The position numbers were made by a program, and so were the translations under genes. The notes under the pieces were generated by a model. That model worked only from the letters and a program-made list of their open reading frames with translations. It searched no databases and was not told where the DNA came from. A DNA stretch of 63,978 nucleotides, the filler included, from Trypethelium eluteriae (lineage: Eukaryota), in assembly GCA_051942245.1 (NCBI GenBank). It is 4 parts of 4 records of this genome, joined end to end, with 100 filler letters (N's around TTAATTAATTAA, not from the genome) between each part and the next. Parts side by side here need not be neighbours in the genome. Positions count along the whole stretch, not along the records: positions 1 to 15,958 come from JAVECL010000634.1; positions 16,059 to 32,006 come from JAVECL010000635.1; 2 more parts are not named here. One strand, written 5' to 3'. Positions 11,597 through 22,832 of the stretch are shown in pieces (positions within the stretch are counted from its first letter, which is position 1; each line of letters begins with the position of its first letter).

Positions 11597-13128
11597 GGTA
11601 TTGCTATTATTCTAAGGCGTACGAACTGATGCAGAACGAGACAGCAAAATATCAAATTCTTGCAAGACTAACACGTCTTCTGTTTAAGCGAAAGGCTCTG
11701 TACTGGCCGGGCTCCTATCTTAGATGGAAAACGTGACCTGAAGTGGTTGGATGGATGGCCGTCTGCCAAGGTATGTCAGGACCAACAAGGGTCATGTTGA
11801 TGAGACTTGAAGACTTAGAGAGAGGTACCTAGTGACCTGGACGATTGAATAACCCTGCAGGATCTTCATCCCACAAAGCTTTACCGCTTCCTGTGGACCA
11901 CCTAGTCTTAATACGTCAGATTATACGGAGTACTTCAAAAAGGATCTGCTTTACTCCGCCACAGACCCAATCAGACGCAGCATTTAGCCTACCTAATCTG
12001 TTCAACTTACGAGATTATGAACGGTACCTTACGATACAGGGTTTCGAGCGGTAGAGACAAGTATCTAAACATACTTCCATTTTCGAGGTTGATGAGCATT
12101 TCGGCCGAGAAAAGTTTCCGAGCCGGAATCGCAGAAGCCAGGGACATTTCCACAACTAGAAGGTGGAGCAAATCTAGGCCGATCACAATGTTCTCCCTCC
12201 TTATTGACAGGCTGCAAAGCGATATTCTTGGTACAGTATTGTATCTGTGGTTCCTGCCTGTGACACGGCAGGTCAGCGACATCGACCAACCAAAGTGCGT
12301 GATACCTACTGCAAGCAGTGTGTGTCCAATTCGACTTCATCTTCCATCTTCGAACAAAATCTTGGACTGGTTAGGAACACTGGGAACCCTGAGTCTGTCT
12401 CTACAACAACATTCCTCACCAACACCTATTCAAAATTGGACCTAACATACAGGACGCGAAAGGAGAGTACACTGTCAAATGGGCTCTTCTACTTCTGACC
12501 GAGATCGTCCGGCTACCAATAGGCGCTGCATCACCATTTGGCTTAAATCCTTTTCCGGCTATCAGTGGAGCGCATTGAATCAAAGAGACAATGCTCACCA
12601 CCGTCACGAGGACCACTGTGCATACCGAGCGAGCCTCACCAGCCGCACTATCTCTAGACATTATCTGCACGTGTTGAAGCACTAGCAGCTAGTTATGTTG
12701 TTCTAGATATGGTAAGTGAAAATGCCGCAGTCTCCTACACTCATTCTGAATGCAGACAAGAGCGCTACTTTAATTGCTTTGATTAGCATAGTGCATGCTT
12801 GCAAGTCTCATTCCTTCGTTGATTGGCCTTCACCGAGATCGTCTACCTGTTGCCGTGTTGTGGAATGGATGCTTTTGTACATCCCTCATTCCAAGCCACA
12901 CTTCCCAAACAACATTGATGACGACGTGTATAAATGTATTGCTTTTGCAATATTGTTTCCTGACAGCTTTGCTCTTCAATACATCTGCATCTGGATCTCA
13001 GTCCTTGATCCTTTTGCTTCCTTGCCAACTGCTTTTTCCTTCAGTCACTCGTTAAGCATATCAGACCGATCTCATTGACACTTAATTATTGTCCCTTTGC
13101 CTCTCATATCGACTTTGCCCTTGTCGCC

Positions 13129-14043
13129 ATGAAGGCGGTCGGCTTCGCCTTGGCGGCTACTGCTGTGATTGGCGTCTCTGCACAGGCCAGTGGATCGGTC
13201 ACGGCACCTTCGGCGTCCCCATCACCAACATATTCGACTGTAGAATACGACGATTGCCCATCATCCTCAGTGGGTAGCCTGACAACGGTCACGAGTGGCA
13301 TCACTGTCACGTCCTGCCCTCTTTGCCAACAGACAGGCTCTACCAAAAAGCCAGCTGCTACTCACACGACGGTCTATACCACCGTCTTCTCGGCATTATG
13401 TCCTACTGGCTTGACGAAGTCAACATATACGGTCACCGAGAGCTGCACAGGAGCCACTCCGACCTGGTCTTCGGGACCTGGTTATGTTCCGCAAGGCTTT
13501 ACAACAACCGTTACTAAATGCACAGTATGCGCTGCGAAGCCGACTGATGTTATAGTCACCGTGCCGTGTACCAGTACACCCGCGGCTACTCCCCCCGGCA
13601 GTGGACCTCCCAGTAGTGGACCTTCCAGCAGTGCACCTGGTACCTCACCACCGGCAGCGGGCGGATCGTCCGCTCCCTCCACAGCTCCAAAGTCTTCTTC
13701 ACCAGGCTCTCCGGCCGCCCCGCCAGCAGGTCCACCAGCAGGCTCGTCACCGAGTTCTCCTGCCCGTCCTCCAGCGGGCCCAGGCCCTGGCCCTCCAGCG
13801 AGCGGATCGAGACCACGATACTCTACCACGGGTGCAACTACCATCACCCAGCAATGTCCAGGTCCACAGTGCAGATATCCTGCAGGCACTGGCGTTCCGG
13901 CATCGCCTGCAGCACCTCCTGCGGGACCAGCTGGTGGTAACAACACTGGCCCCGTCCCCTTCAGGGGTGAGGCAGCGGCTTTGACGGGCTTCCTTTCCGT
14001 TGCTCTTGGTGCTGGTATTGGTGCTATCGCTTTCTTGCTATAG
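13129..14043 (+). CDS. Secreted Ser/Thr/Pro-rich, Cys-containing, probably GPI-anchored cell-wall protein
   Basis: Signal peptide MKAVGFALAATAVIGVSAQ; motifs YTTVFSALCPTG and VPQGFTTTVTKCTVC; Pro/Ser-rich stalk; hydrophobic C-terminus FRGEAAALTGFLSVALGAGIGAIAFLL. Confidence 0.8.
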   Translation: MKAVGFALAATAVIGVSAQASGSVTAPSASPSPTYSTVEYDDCPSSSVGSLTTVTSGITVTSCPLCQQTGSTKKPAATHTTVYTTVFSALCPTGLTKSTYTVTESCTGATPTWSSGPGYVPQGFTTTVTKCTVCAAKPTDVIVTVPCTSTPAATPPGSGPPSSGPSSSAPGTSPPAAGGSSAPSTAPKSSSPGSPAAPPAGPPAGSSPSSPARPPAGPGPGPPASGSRPRYSTTGATTITQQCPGPQCRYPAGTGVPASPAAPPAGPAGGNNTGPVPFRGEAAALTGFLSVALGAGIGAIAFLL

Positions 14044-14658
14044 GGCATCGATTTCGTTACTTTGGTCGATTGATTGCGCACAATAATGGTTAGTGGCGGC
14101 CATTCATCAGCTCTACTGCATTCACACATGTTTCATACTGATGCAAGATGATAGGCGTCGGAGTTCAGGTCATTCCCTTTAACCCCGTACTTACACTACT
14201 CCTGTTGGATTTCCCTAATACCTCCATTTGGTGTGGCACTGTCTTAACCATTGCTGAATTCACTGCCTTCTCTCGATGTACCGTTCTTTTGTACACCTTT
14301 GTTCGACAACGGAAAACTCATTCACCAGCACGCGACTGTACACGTGACGTTAGTCATGCCAGTTCTTTGTTGTCCTTGACTCAACGATGTGAAAGGCTGT
14401 TGCCTATAGACAATAGCGAAGTCATACTCAGTAACATCAATAGCACCTACAATGACCAATACAATGAAAGTTGATTATTCTCTATTTAGCCTTCACCTGG
14501 CAATGCTCACCTTCTTTGTTTGATGGAAATGAGAAAAGGCCGAGGGCTTCCTCGTTCGCGGGAATGAGTTGAACCCTCGATCCTTGTAACACTTACTCGT
14601 CATTTTTCTAGCTGTACAGTTGGAATTCTTCAGTTGATCTGAAGGTTCGCTACCTTGC

Positions 14659-15958
14659 ATGTCAAGTTTCGGCAAAAACCCAACTTCACACAGCATGAGC
14701 ACCATGAAACAAGAGATTGGGAAAGGGAGCCGGGCTCCACAATCATCATCTGCATCCAGAGGTAACACGGTGCAACAACAAAATGACACAGGTAAGCGTT
14801 CCCCTCTGGAGCCAGAGCAAAATGTCTGGGTGAGATATAGCAGATGGGAACCTGCGGACCAGAACGTCACCTTTGACACTATGGGTATTCCAGCGTCTAA
14901 TACTAACTCTGGAGCAGAACCCTCCGAATCCACGATGCAAGACGGAGGGCCGAAGCGTACGGAGAGTTCCGCCTCAAAAATGTCAATAAAGTCGGCCGTT
15001 AGTGTATTCCGAGGGGGACTCAAGAAGCTCAGCAACACCTTGAAGCCACATGAATCGGATCCACCATCGGACTACCAGCGTTTTGTACGAGATAAGTCAC
15101 CTTCAAAGGACGTGAAAGCCGATCCATTTGTTGAAGCCATTGCAGACCGCGTTGCCAAGGGTATGCATGGTGAATTCGATAATGAGAGGCAAGCCATCGC
15201 AATCAAGCTTAGAGCCAAGCAGATTGGTGTTGAAAAGCAGGATCAACTCGAGCAGAAGCGAGTAGAGAGGCGGCGAAAGGCGGCCGAGAAGGAAAAACGC
15301 GAGAAAACGAATGAGGCAGAAAAACAGACGCGGAGGGAAGACGAGGAAGAAGGAGCAAGGATGCGAAAGGTACGTAACGAGAGTTACCGTATCAATTCGG
15401 AGGCGCTCTACCAAATGCAGTTGACTGAGCAACGACAGGCGGAGCGGATGGATCAGGAAGGCTGGGCGGGTTTTAACGAAGATGGAACACTCAAATCTAA
15501 ATCGGGCATGGACCCTCTACTGGAGAAGAGACTCCGCCAAGCCGCCAAAGCTCAAGGGAAGACATACACTGGAGAAGACGAATTGGAGGGAGAATCCTAT
15601 GACGCATCACGGGTAGAAGTCGAAGCAACCGCATCGAGCTCGGAGGAGAGTAACGAGAGCCGAGCATCCAGCAAAGCCGAACATCAGCGCCGCGAGCAAT
15701 CCCAGCGTGAAGCCTCCTCCGTCGCCGACTACTTCTCGAATAAAGACAGCTCAGGGCGACACCGCTCTCCCGCCAGCAAGACCGCGACCGAAGCCTTCGG
15801 GCCTGCTTCCACCAAGCCCAGCCACCAAATCCCTCGCAAGCCCGTTCCTGGTGCCGCGAGCCACCGCGACACGAACTTCGGTGACCTGATATCCGAAGCT
15901 AAGGGGGAGGTGCCGCAGGTCCCGCTGCCGACAAAGCTGAGGGAGATCGGAGGTAAGT
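14659..15958 (+). CDS. Hypothetical charged/coiled-coil protein, 3'-truncated by the contig end
   Basis: Open frame of about 430 aa, E/K/R-rich centre, ends at a GTAAGT donor just before the N spacer; no recognisable family. Confidence 0.55.
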
Positions 15959-16058
15959 NNNNNNNNNNNNNNNNNNNNNNNNNNNNNNNNNNNNNNNNNN
16001 NNTTAATTAATTAANNNNNNNNNNNNNNNNNNNNNNNNNNNNNNNNNNNNNNNNNNNN
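15959..16058. other. Artificial contig spacer (N run + TTAATTAATTAA + N run)
   Basis: About 100 bp; the core has stops in all six frames and is identical to the two other spacers. Confidence 0.97.
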
Positions 16059-17710
16059 CCACTCCCCCTCGTACTCCCACCACTCGCCCGACTCCCTCCA
16101 TACACCGTCTCGCCCCGCCCATTCCCAGTACTGATGATGACGTCCGCCATCCCGTTATCAGCTCCCGTCACGTTGATCGAGCGCCCTTCCATGTTGCCCG
16201 AGAACTCGATGCCCCGGCTCGCGTCGACTCGCACCCGGATGCTGCCGTCTGCTTGCGTGCTCACGCGGGAGCTGCCGGAGACGCCGGTGCGGGCGCTGCG
16301 TTCGCTTGGGGCGCGGCTGCTGGTGCGGCGGCGAGGAGGGTCGGGGCGGCTGGTGACGGGTTGGGGAGCGGCGGCTCGTGGAGGGTTGTCATGGGGGTGG
16401 GGATAGGCGTCGGCTGCTCGAGGTCTTGCTCGTCGGTTGGTCTGCTGTTGGTAGTATTCTGCTGCAGCGGCGCGCTCTTGGTCGGGTGTGTCTGGGTATG
16501 AGGGTTGAGCGCGCGCGAAGCTCGGAGGAGGCGCAAGGGAGGAGCGGCGTTGGGAGGTTGTGCGTTGGAGGGAGGTGGGCCGGGAGAGACGGTAGTCCTC
16601 GGCATAGTCATCTGCGTAATCGTCGTCGACGTAGTCTTCTTCGACAGCGAACTCGTTGGCAGGCGTGGGCGCGGGCAGATTGTAGGAATGGCGGAGGCTA
16701 CTACGGCGGGCGGGGAAACCGCTGCTGGAGAGTCTGTGGACTGCAGCTTCGGCATTGTCATCGTAGTATACAATTCCTGAGTCGCGGGGATTCTGTGATG
16801 CATATGGGTCGGCGTAGCGGGCGGATGGACCAGAGGGACCGTAGCTTATCACAGGCGGCTGCGGCTCGAAGATCCCGGAGCTTGGCCTTCGCGCGGAGTA
16901 AGTCGGGTCAGTGTTGCTTGTTTGCAACGGAGGCCGAGTGTGAACTGCAGAGGATCGGACGGTAGACGTGGCAGATGGAAGGTAGGATGCACTTTGGGCT
17001 GTGCTACCTGGATAGTACGATTGTCGGTAATTGATGTACGCTGAGTTCGAGGGTGGTGGACCCCGTGGACCCGGTCCTGAGCGAGATGAATAATATGGTT
17101 CGTAAACGCTCTGGGTCCGTGGTCTCGAAGAAGATCTTGCTCGAGCTTGTGGTGTTGGTTGCACATTGAAAGGCGGATAATCGATGTCCACACCGGTGTC
17201 AAGTGCGCTGCGGCGGCTTGATGGCTTGATGTCATCAGGCTTGATGGCATCAGGACAATTCGGATCGTCGCACCCTGTACATTGCACATGCCGACTCTTC
17301 CTGCGTTGTGAAGCAGTTCTGGCCGGAGCTTTGGTGGGGCTTGGTTGCTGTCTGGCGCTATCTCTGCGAGTTCGGCGTGTTTCGGTAGGCTCAGGTTGCG
17401 GCTGCTCTTGTACGACGACTTTCTTCTTTTGCTTGGTCTCTTTTTTGGCTGGCTCGCCTCTCAATTCTCTGGCGGAATCGGAGGAATTCATTGTGGCGGC
17501 GGTTCGACTCGAGGAGCCCGATTCGGAGGCGGTGTCCGGACCGCCGGTTCTGGTGACCTTGGTAGCCTTGGTCACAGGTGGAGCTTGTGGTGCCCGTCGC
17601 GGGGCAGCATTCGCAGACTTGGCTGTGCCTGGAACGACTTTGCCTTTGTCGGTATCAAAGTCTTCAACTTGAGCTGGCCGAGGAGACTGATTTGAAGGGT
17701 TTCGGGGCAT
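16059..17710 (-). CDS. Hypothetical low-complexity Ser/Pro/Arg-rich protein, 3'-truncated
   Basis: Open frame of about 550 aa from ATG 17710 (MPRNPSNQSPRPAQVEDF) running into the spacer; contains a CTGCDDPNC motif; no recognisable family. Confidence 0.65.
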
Positions 17711-20101
17711 GATGAAGGCGTCGCAGTAGGAGAGATGGCGGACGTGTTGACGACAATGGGGCGTTGATCGTGAGCGGCGCCCAATGTCAGGGTCGGCGGC
17801 CGAGTGGGAGCTACAATTGGCTTATAAGTGTTGGTGTCGCGATGGATTGTGATTCGCCATCATCTGCATGACGGTTGGCAGAGCAATCCTGTTGCCAATC
17901 AGGGCTGGCATGCGGGACTGAAGGTTCCGCACGAGGAGAATTGAGAATTGAGAACTGAATTGGGAATTGGAAGATGGAGGTGGGAGGAGAAGATGGTGGA
18001 TGAAGGATGCAAGTGGCAGAGGCGAAGCAGCGGAAGGGGAGAAATGATGAGCAACAATTAGGCGGCAGGATGATATAGTGGAGTCGAGTGTGGCAGTACT
18101 TTGCACCTTTGGCACTTAGTTATCGAAGGGCCGCGCTTCTGCTCGTTTCGCTGCGGCCTTACGATGGTGGGGAGCTTGAGGCCGGCATCACGCACGCGCC
18201 AGCCAAGGCTCACCAGGCTCACTCGCACCAGGCTCGCTCCTTCCCAGCATGCTCCCTCCATTTTCATGGATCCCCACTAACTCACTGTGAACTCCTCCCT
18301 ACCGTGCCTACCCAGTCGGTGCAGCCCAAGCCCCAGTCTCGGGCCGGGGTCGATCCTTCGCGTCTATCTAAGCCAATGCAAGAAGTGCACCATCCTCCCA
18401 ACCCAGCGAGGCCGCGGCACTATCCTCACAATTGTCGCGCACTTTCACCTTTTACATCTCAGTTCAAACACTTCTGCCTGCGCTGGCTGCAGCAGCCTGC
18501 AAGCCGCCAAGCTTCCTCCGCTTGATTGTGCACCGCATCGGGTTTCCCTCATCCACTCATTCCCACCGCACTGTTAACTTCTGCTGCTGTGATTGCGTCT
18601 GCCCACCTGTCGACCCTCGCACCTCCAGCCAAGAATTCGGTTCCCGTGATAGTAGTCCACCGCCACAATCCCCAGACTTTCCCTCTCCTATACCCCATCG
18701 ATTTCGGAGTGACTCTTATGTGCAGACTTCTGGCACGCCATCCTCATCTTCCCGATTTGGCCCCCAAATCTCTTTCAAAAGCGGGGTTTGATTCGTAAGA
18801 TAGTCAACAACTGCCACTCACGCCATGCCGCTTGTGGCGGGCTGAGTGCATTACTTCTTCAATAATGCATCGGGGGAGTGGCAGGGTAGCATGACAGAGT
18901 GAGCGAGCGAGCGAGAAAGTGGGAAAAAGCAAACAACGCGGGCCTAGGGCAGCTTTCGCGATGGCGATCATCTCAATTGGAGCAGGATCATGCCTGCTTT
19001 CTCATCTATTGTGCTCACGACTGCAGTCGTCACAATCCGGAGCCGTAGAATTACGAACACTGCTGAGCACCACTCCTCGCCAATAGGTGCAAGACACATC
19101 GAAAGCTACGACCTACAGATTTGCACAGATTCGCCGCTTCAATCTGCGTCCAAAACTTGTTGCCTTGAAATCGCGACGCGAACGTCAGACGGTCGTGTTT
19201 CGTCAGATGCACTGGTGTAGTTCTGGTAACGAATGGATCGTCTTCCACTGACCCTGGTGCATCGAGAGCATTTACAGGAATGCATTCTGCGCGACATTGA
19301 CCGAATAACGGACAAGGGTTGTGACAGGTCGACAGACTGGACTTTTTGCCACAGAGCCGCAAGGAGTGAAAATTTCAACAGGGGGAGTAGAGTCATCTGG
19401 TAGCGAGTCGTCGACTTGGCCTGCTGGAAGAGGAAAGGCCTGCTGCATTTACAAGCGTCGACCCCGTAGCCTCCGTCTGGTACCTTTGTACATTGTAGAG
19501 CTACCTCGACGCCTTCACCGCTCCTTCATTCGTGAACATGCCTATCTAAAGGCAATTCTACGGCAGGGCGCCTGACCCGTTCGCTTCGGCAGCATCCGCT
19601 TTGTGCGGATCTTTCTGAAGGTGATTGCCTCTTTCTTTAATTTGTTTCTCGTTCTGGTCGTAAATGGAAGCGTGTCAGCGGGGAGTCGGGAGAATTGGGG
19701 GGAATTGCGCAGAATTAGACAAGCGATGACGAAGAGCTAGAAAGTAGCTGACGTGTGGAAGTCACTTCGTACTACTAATACTGAGGTGGAGCTGTAGATA
19801 CGTTGACAGAACCCTGGCTGCTAGGATCTTGATTGACCTGTGACGCCATTCATGCTATGTGACAAACGTTAAACTGACCAACCGGAACACCATGCTGGAT
19901 GAGAACTGAAAGCACGGGAAACAATGAAAAGTCTGTGGATTGTTTCGTGGAAGCAATGCAGAGAATCTTGTGAAATGTACCAGAGCATACCCGGCGGCAA
20001 CCGAGTTGATGTGACTATCTCCCAATACTTTGTGCCTGGCGTCGTTGCCTGGCGTCGCAGACGGGTGGACGGGAAATAGGCCAATATTAAGCCAATCTCT
20101 T

Positions 20102-22409
20102 TCACATCCTGATCGAAGTCGTCAGCACTGCTATTCCTATCCCTTATGCATCCGTTCCAATACGTACCTCTCCACTGGAGTCAACCCCAGCAGCCGCATC
20201 CCGTTATTTAGCACTTGCCTTGCACACGTGTACAAGGCAAATCTCGCCTTTTTCAACTCCGGCTCGCTGCCGACTACCTGTAGATGGTCGTAACTCGAGC
20301 TCAACGCGTGGCTCATCTTGAACAGGTAGGTGAGCACTGTGACGGGCTCCAGCGTCTTTAGCGTGTTCTGAAAAACATCTGGCCACTGCGCTAACGACCT
20401 TAGGAGATCGATAGCATGAGGCTCTGTGAGGAGTCCAAGATTGGCCGACGTAAGCTCGGCAGGATCGAGATCCGCTTTGCGCGTGATGGAACAGAGACGA
20501 GCATGTGCATATTGAAGGTAGGGCCCGGTGTCTCCTTCGAACGAGCACATCCGATCCATATCAAAATCGTAATTGTTAATCCTGCAGAAGCGAGTTAATT
20601 TGAGATCCTAAGGCAAATCAGCATGTAAGCTTACCTCTTTCCGGTCATATCTTGAACCATGACGGCGGATATCCCGAGCGTATCTGAAGTTTTGCCTGGA
20701 TCCTCAACCTGTTCATACTTTGCCTGGTTCGTCTTCATCACATCATGCATCTTCTCCCCAACATCCCTTAGAATGTCATCAAGAAACCTTGCCGTCCCTT
20801 TCCGTGTGCTCATTCCAAGGACCATGCCAAAATTGATGTGCTGGCATCTATCAGCAAGATCTTTCCTCCCCATCATCTCAACAATCTTGAAGAGCTGAGC
20901 AAGGTGGAGATCTTGTTGAGATGCAACAACGTAGATCATCCTATCGAAATGATATTTCTCATCCCTTTCCGTTATAGCTCCAATGTCCCTCGTCAGGTAG
21001 AGACTGGTACCATCTCTTTTCTTAACGAGTGCTTTCCCAAGTTTCTTAGAATGTTTGGTGAGGTCGACGACGACGGCTCCCTCTGATTCTTCGGAAACCT
21101 TTTGGTCAGCCAAAGTCTTTGCAGCGTCCTGCATACTCTCCTCCTTGACTTGGGACTCGCCGGAGTAATCGTCAAATTGGATATTGAGACGCGCGTACGT
21201 CTGCTTATACTTATCAATACTCAAGTTCCTGAACCTTTTCCATGTGTTGACAGCTTCCTGGTCTCCATCAACCATGCGCTTGAAGTATTTCCTGGCTTGC
21301 TCATCGATGCCATTATCTAGTATATCTTGGATCTGGGCCTCTTTCTCGACCACGTTTTCATTTTTGGCCTGCAACTCCTTGGCTTCTTCCCTCAGTCGCT
21401 TTACTTTGTATTCTTCTTCCCTCTGGATTGCGTTGATCTTCACATAGACGTCGTAGAGATGTCCAATGGGATTTTGTAATAAAGCATCTTCATCTCCAAA
21501 ATTTTGGAAGCCCACCGCTAGTAATCCATATTGCTTGCCCCAATCCCCAAGATAGTTCATTGTCACCACGTCCCAGCCAGCTCCTGTGTATAAGTGTGCC
21601 AAAAACCCACCAATGATTGTACTTCTGAGGTGACCGGCATGAAAGGGTTTGGCGATATTTGGCGACGAGAACTCCACAATCATCTTTTTCCTCCCCTTCG
21701 AGGGATCTGAGACGTCGCGCAAGCCATTGAGCGGGTTGAAGCCATACTCGATCCCTTTTTTGAGAATAAATGGCACCAGGAGTTGCGCAAGCGGTTCAGG
21801 TTTGAAGAAGAATTTGACAAAGGTCTTGTCTAGCTCTGGCTTCTTCACCAGTGGCGACTCTGGAAACTTTACATCATAAGCGCTGTATCTAAGAAACTCC
21901 CCGTAAATTCATACCTGCTCGACAATGCTCTTCGCAGTCTCATCGGGCTTCTTTCCCTTGAGTCGCAAAGCTGGTACCGGGAGTATTAGGTCACCTTTAT
22001 CCAACGTCGTCGTCCATTGTATTGCATTGTAAATGACATTGATTTCGGCGCCGGAGATTGGGGCGAGATACTCGGTGAGATGTGCTCGGTATATATCGAC
22101 AGGATTGAAAGCAGGGTAGCAGTTTGGAAAATTTGGTAGATCTGGTATGCCGAGCTTTTTGATGTTCGACGTGAGTTCTTCGACCCACTGGTCATGATTT
22201 GCAGAAGCACAGTTCATTTTCGACGTTTCCTTAATGGAGAGACGAGCCGTAGTCGAGTAGAGCGTTCTGCTCTTGTATGAATTGGCTCTGGAAGCAGGTG
22301 GAGTCACACTCGAATGACTCAAGAAGCCGCACCGCGACAAGGAAACCTTCGGAGTGCAAAATCTTTTCAGAGAAGCTGCGCAGACCTTCGGAAAAGCTTG
22401 GTGGCTCAT
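20102..22409 (-). CDS. Arginyl-tRNA synthetase (spliced; N-terminal extension suggests dual cytosolic/mitochondrial isoforms)
   Basis: VEFSSPNIAKPFHAGHLRSTIIG (HIGH equivalent), NYLGDWGKQ, GMSTRKG, FEGDTGPYLQYAHARLCSI, GMRLLGLTPVER|M*. Introns at about 21913-21869, 20634-20582 and 20167-20109. Confidence 0.95.
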
Positions 22410-22832
22410 ACGATACTGTGCAGTAAAGTTTTGTGGGATGCTGAATGCTTTCAGGAGGCCCCGGTTACAGAATGTATCGACGTCGTTATATCGCGAAATG
22501 CCCCACCAAATTTTGTGGCTGCGTCGCGTTTGCTCACGCGTTGATTTTTCTAACCCCTGCCTTAACTTCGTGACAACAAAACGTCACTCGAGTATTTTTC
22601 AAGGAACAGATTATTGTAAGTGGTACTATGATGTCAATGGCATCGAGCCACTATCTCGATTAATGACGGTATCTGAGTCATGGTAGAAATTTTGCGAAGG
22701 CTGTTTTACAAAGGTAATGAATGACCACGGAATCCCAGTCCACGCCGTGCTGTGGTCCCCAAGGTATCAATGAAGTGCCAAACGCTATGCCACTCATGCA
22801 AAAGCCGCAGACCATGTAAAACCCACTATGCC

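Noticed and set aside
13482..14129. Long antisense ORFs over GC-rich genes (also at 16134-17695 and 62649-63557)
   Set aside because: Shadow or alternate frames expected from GC-rich, biased codon usage of the real genes.
16003..16014. TTAATTAATTAA repeated three times at ~16-kb spacing (piggyBac TTAA sites or a periodic element?)
   Set aside because: Always centred in N runs; it is a six-frame-stop assembly linker.
17822..19900. Many short ORFs and a (GAGC)n tract upstream of the 17710 gene
   Set aside because: Low-complexity promoter/UTR-like sequence; no coding or RNA-gene signature seen.
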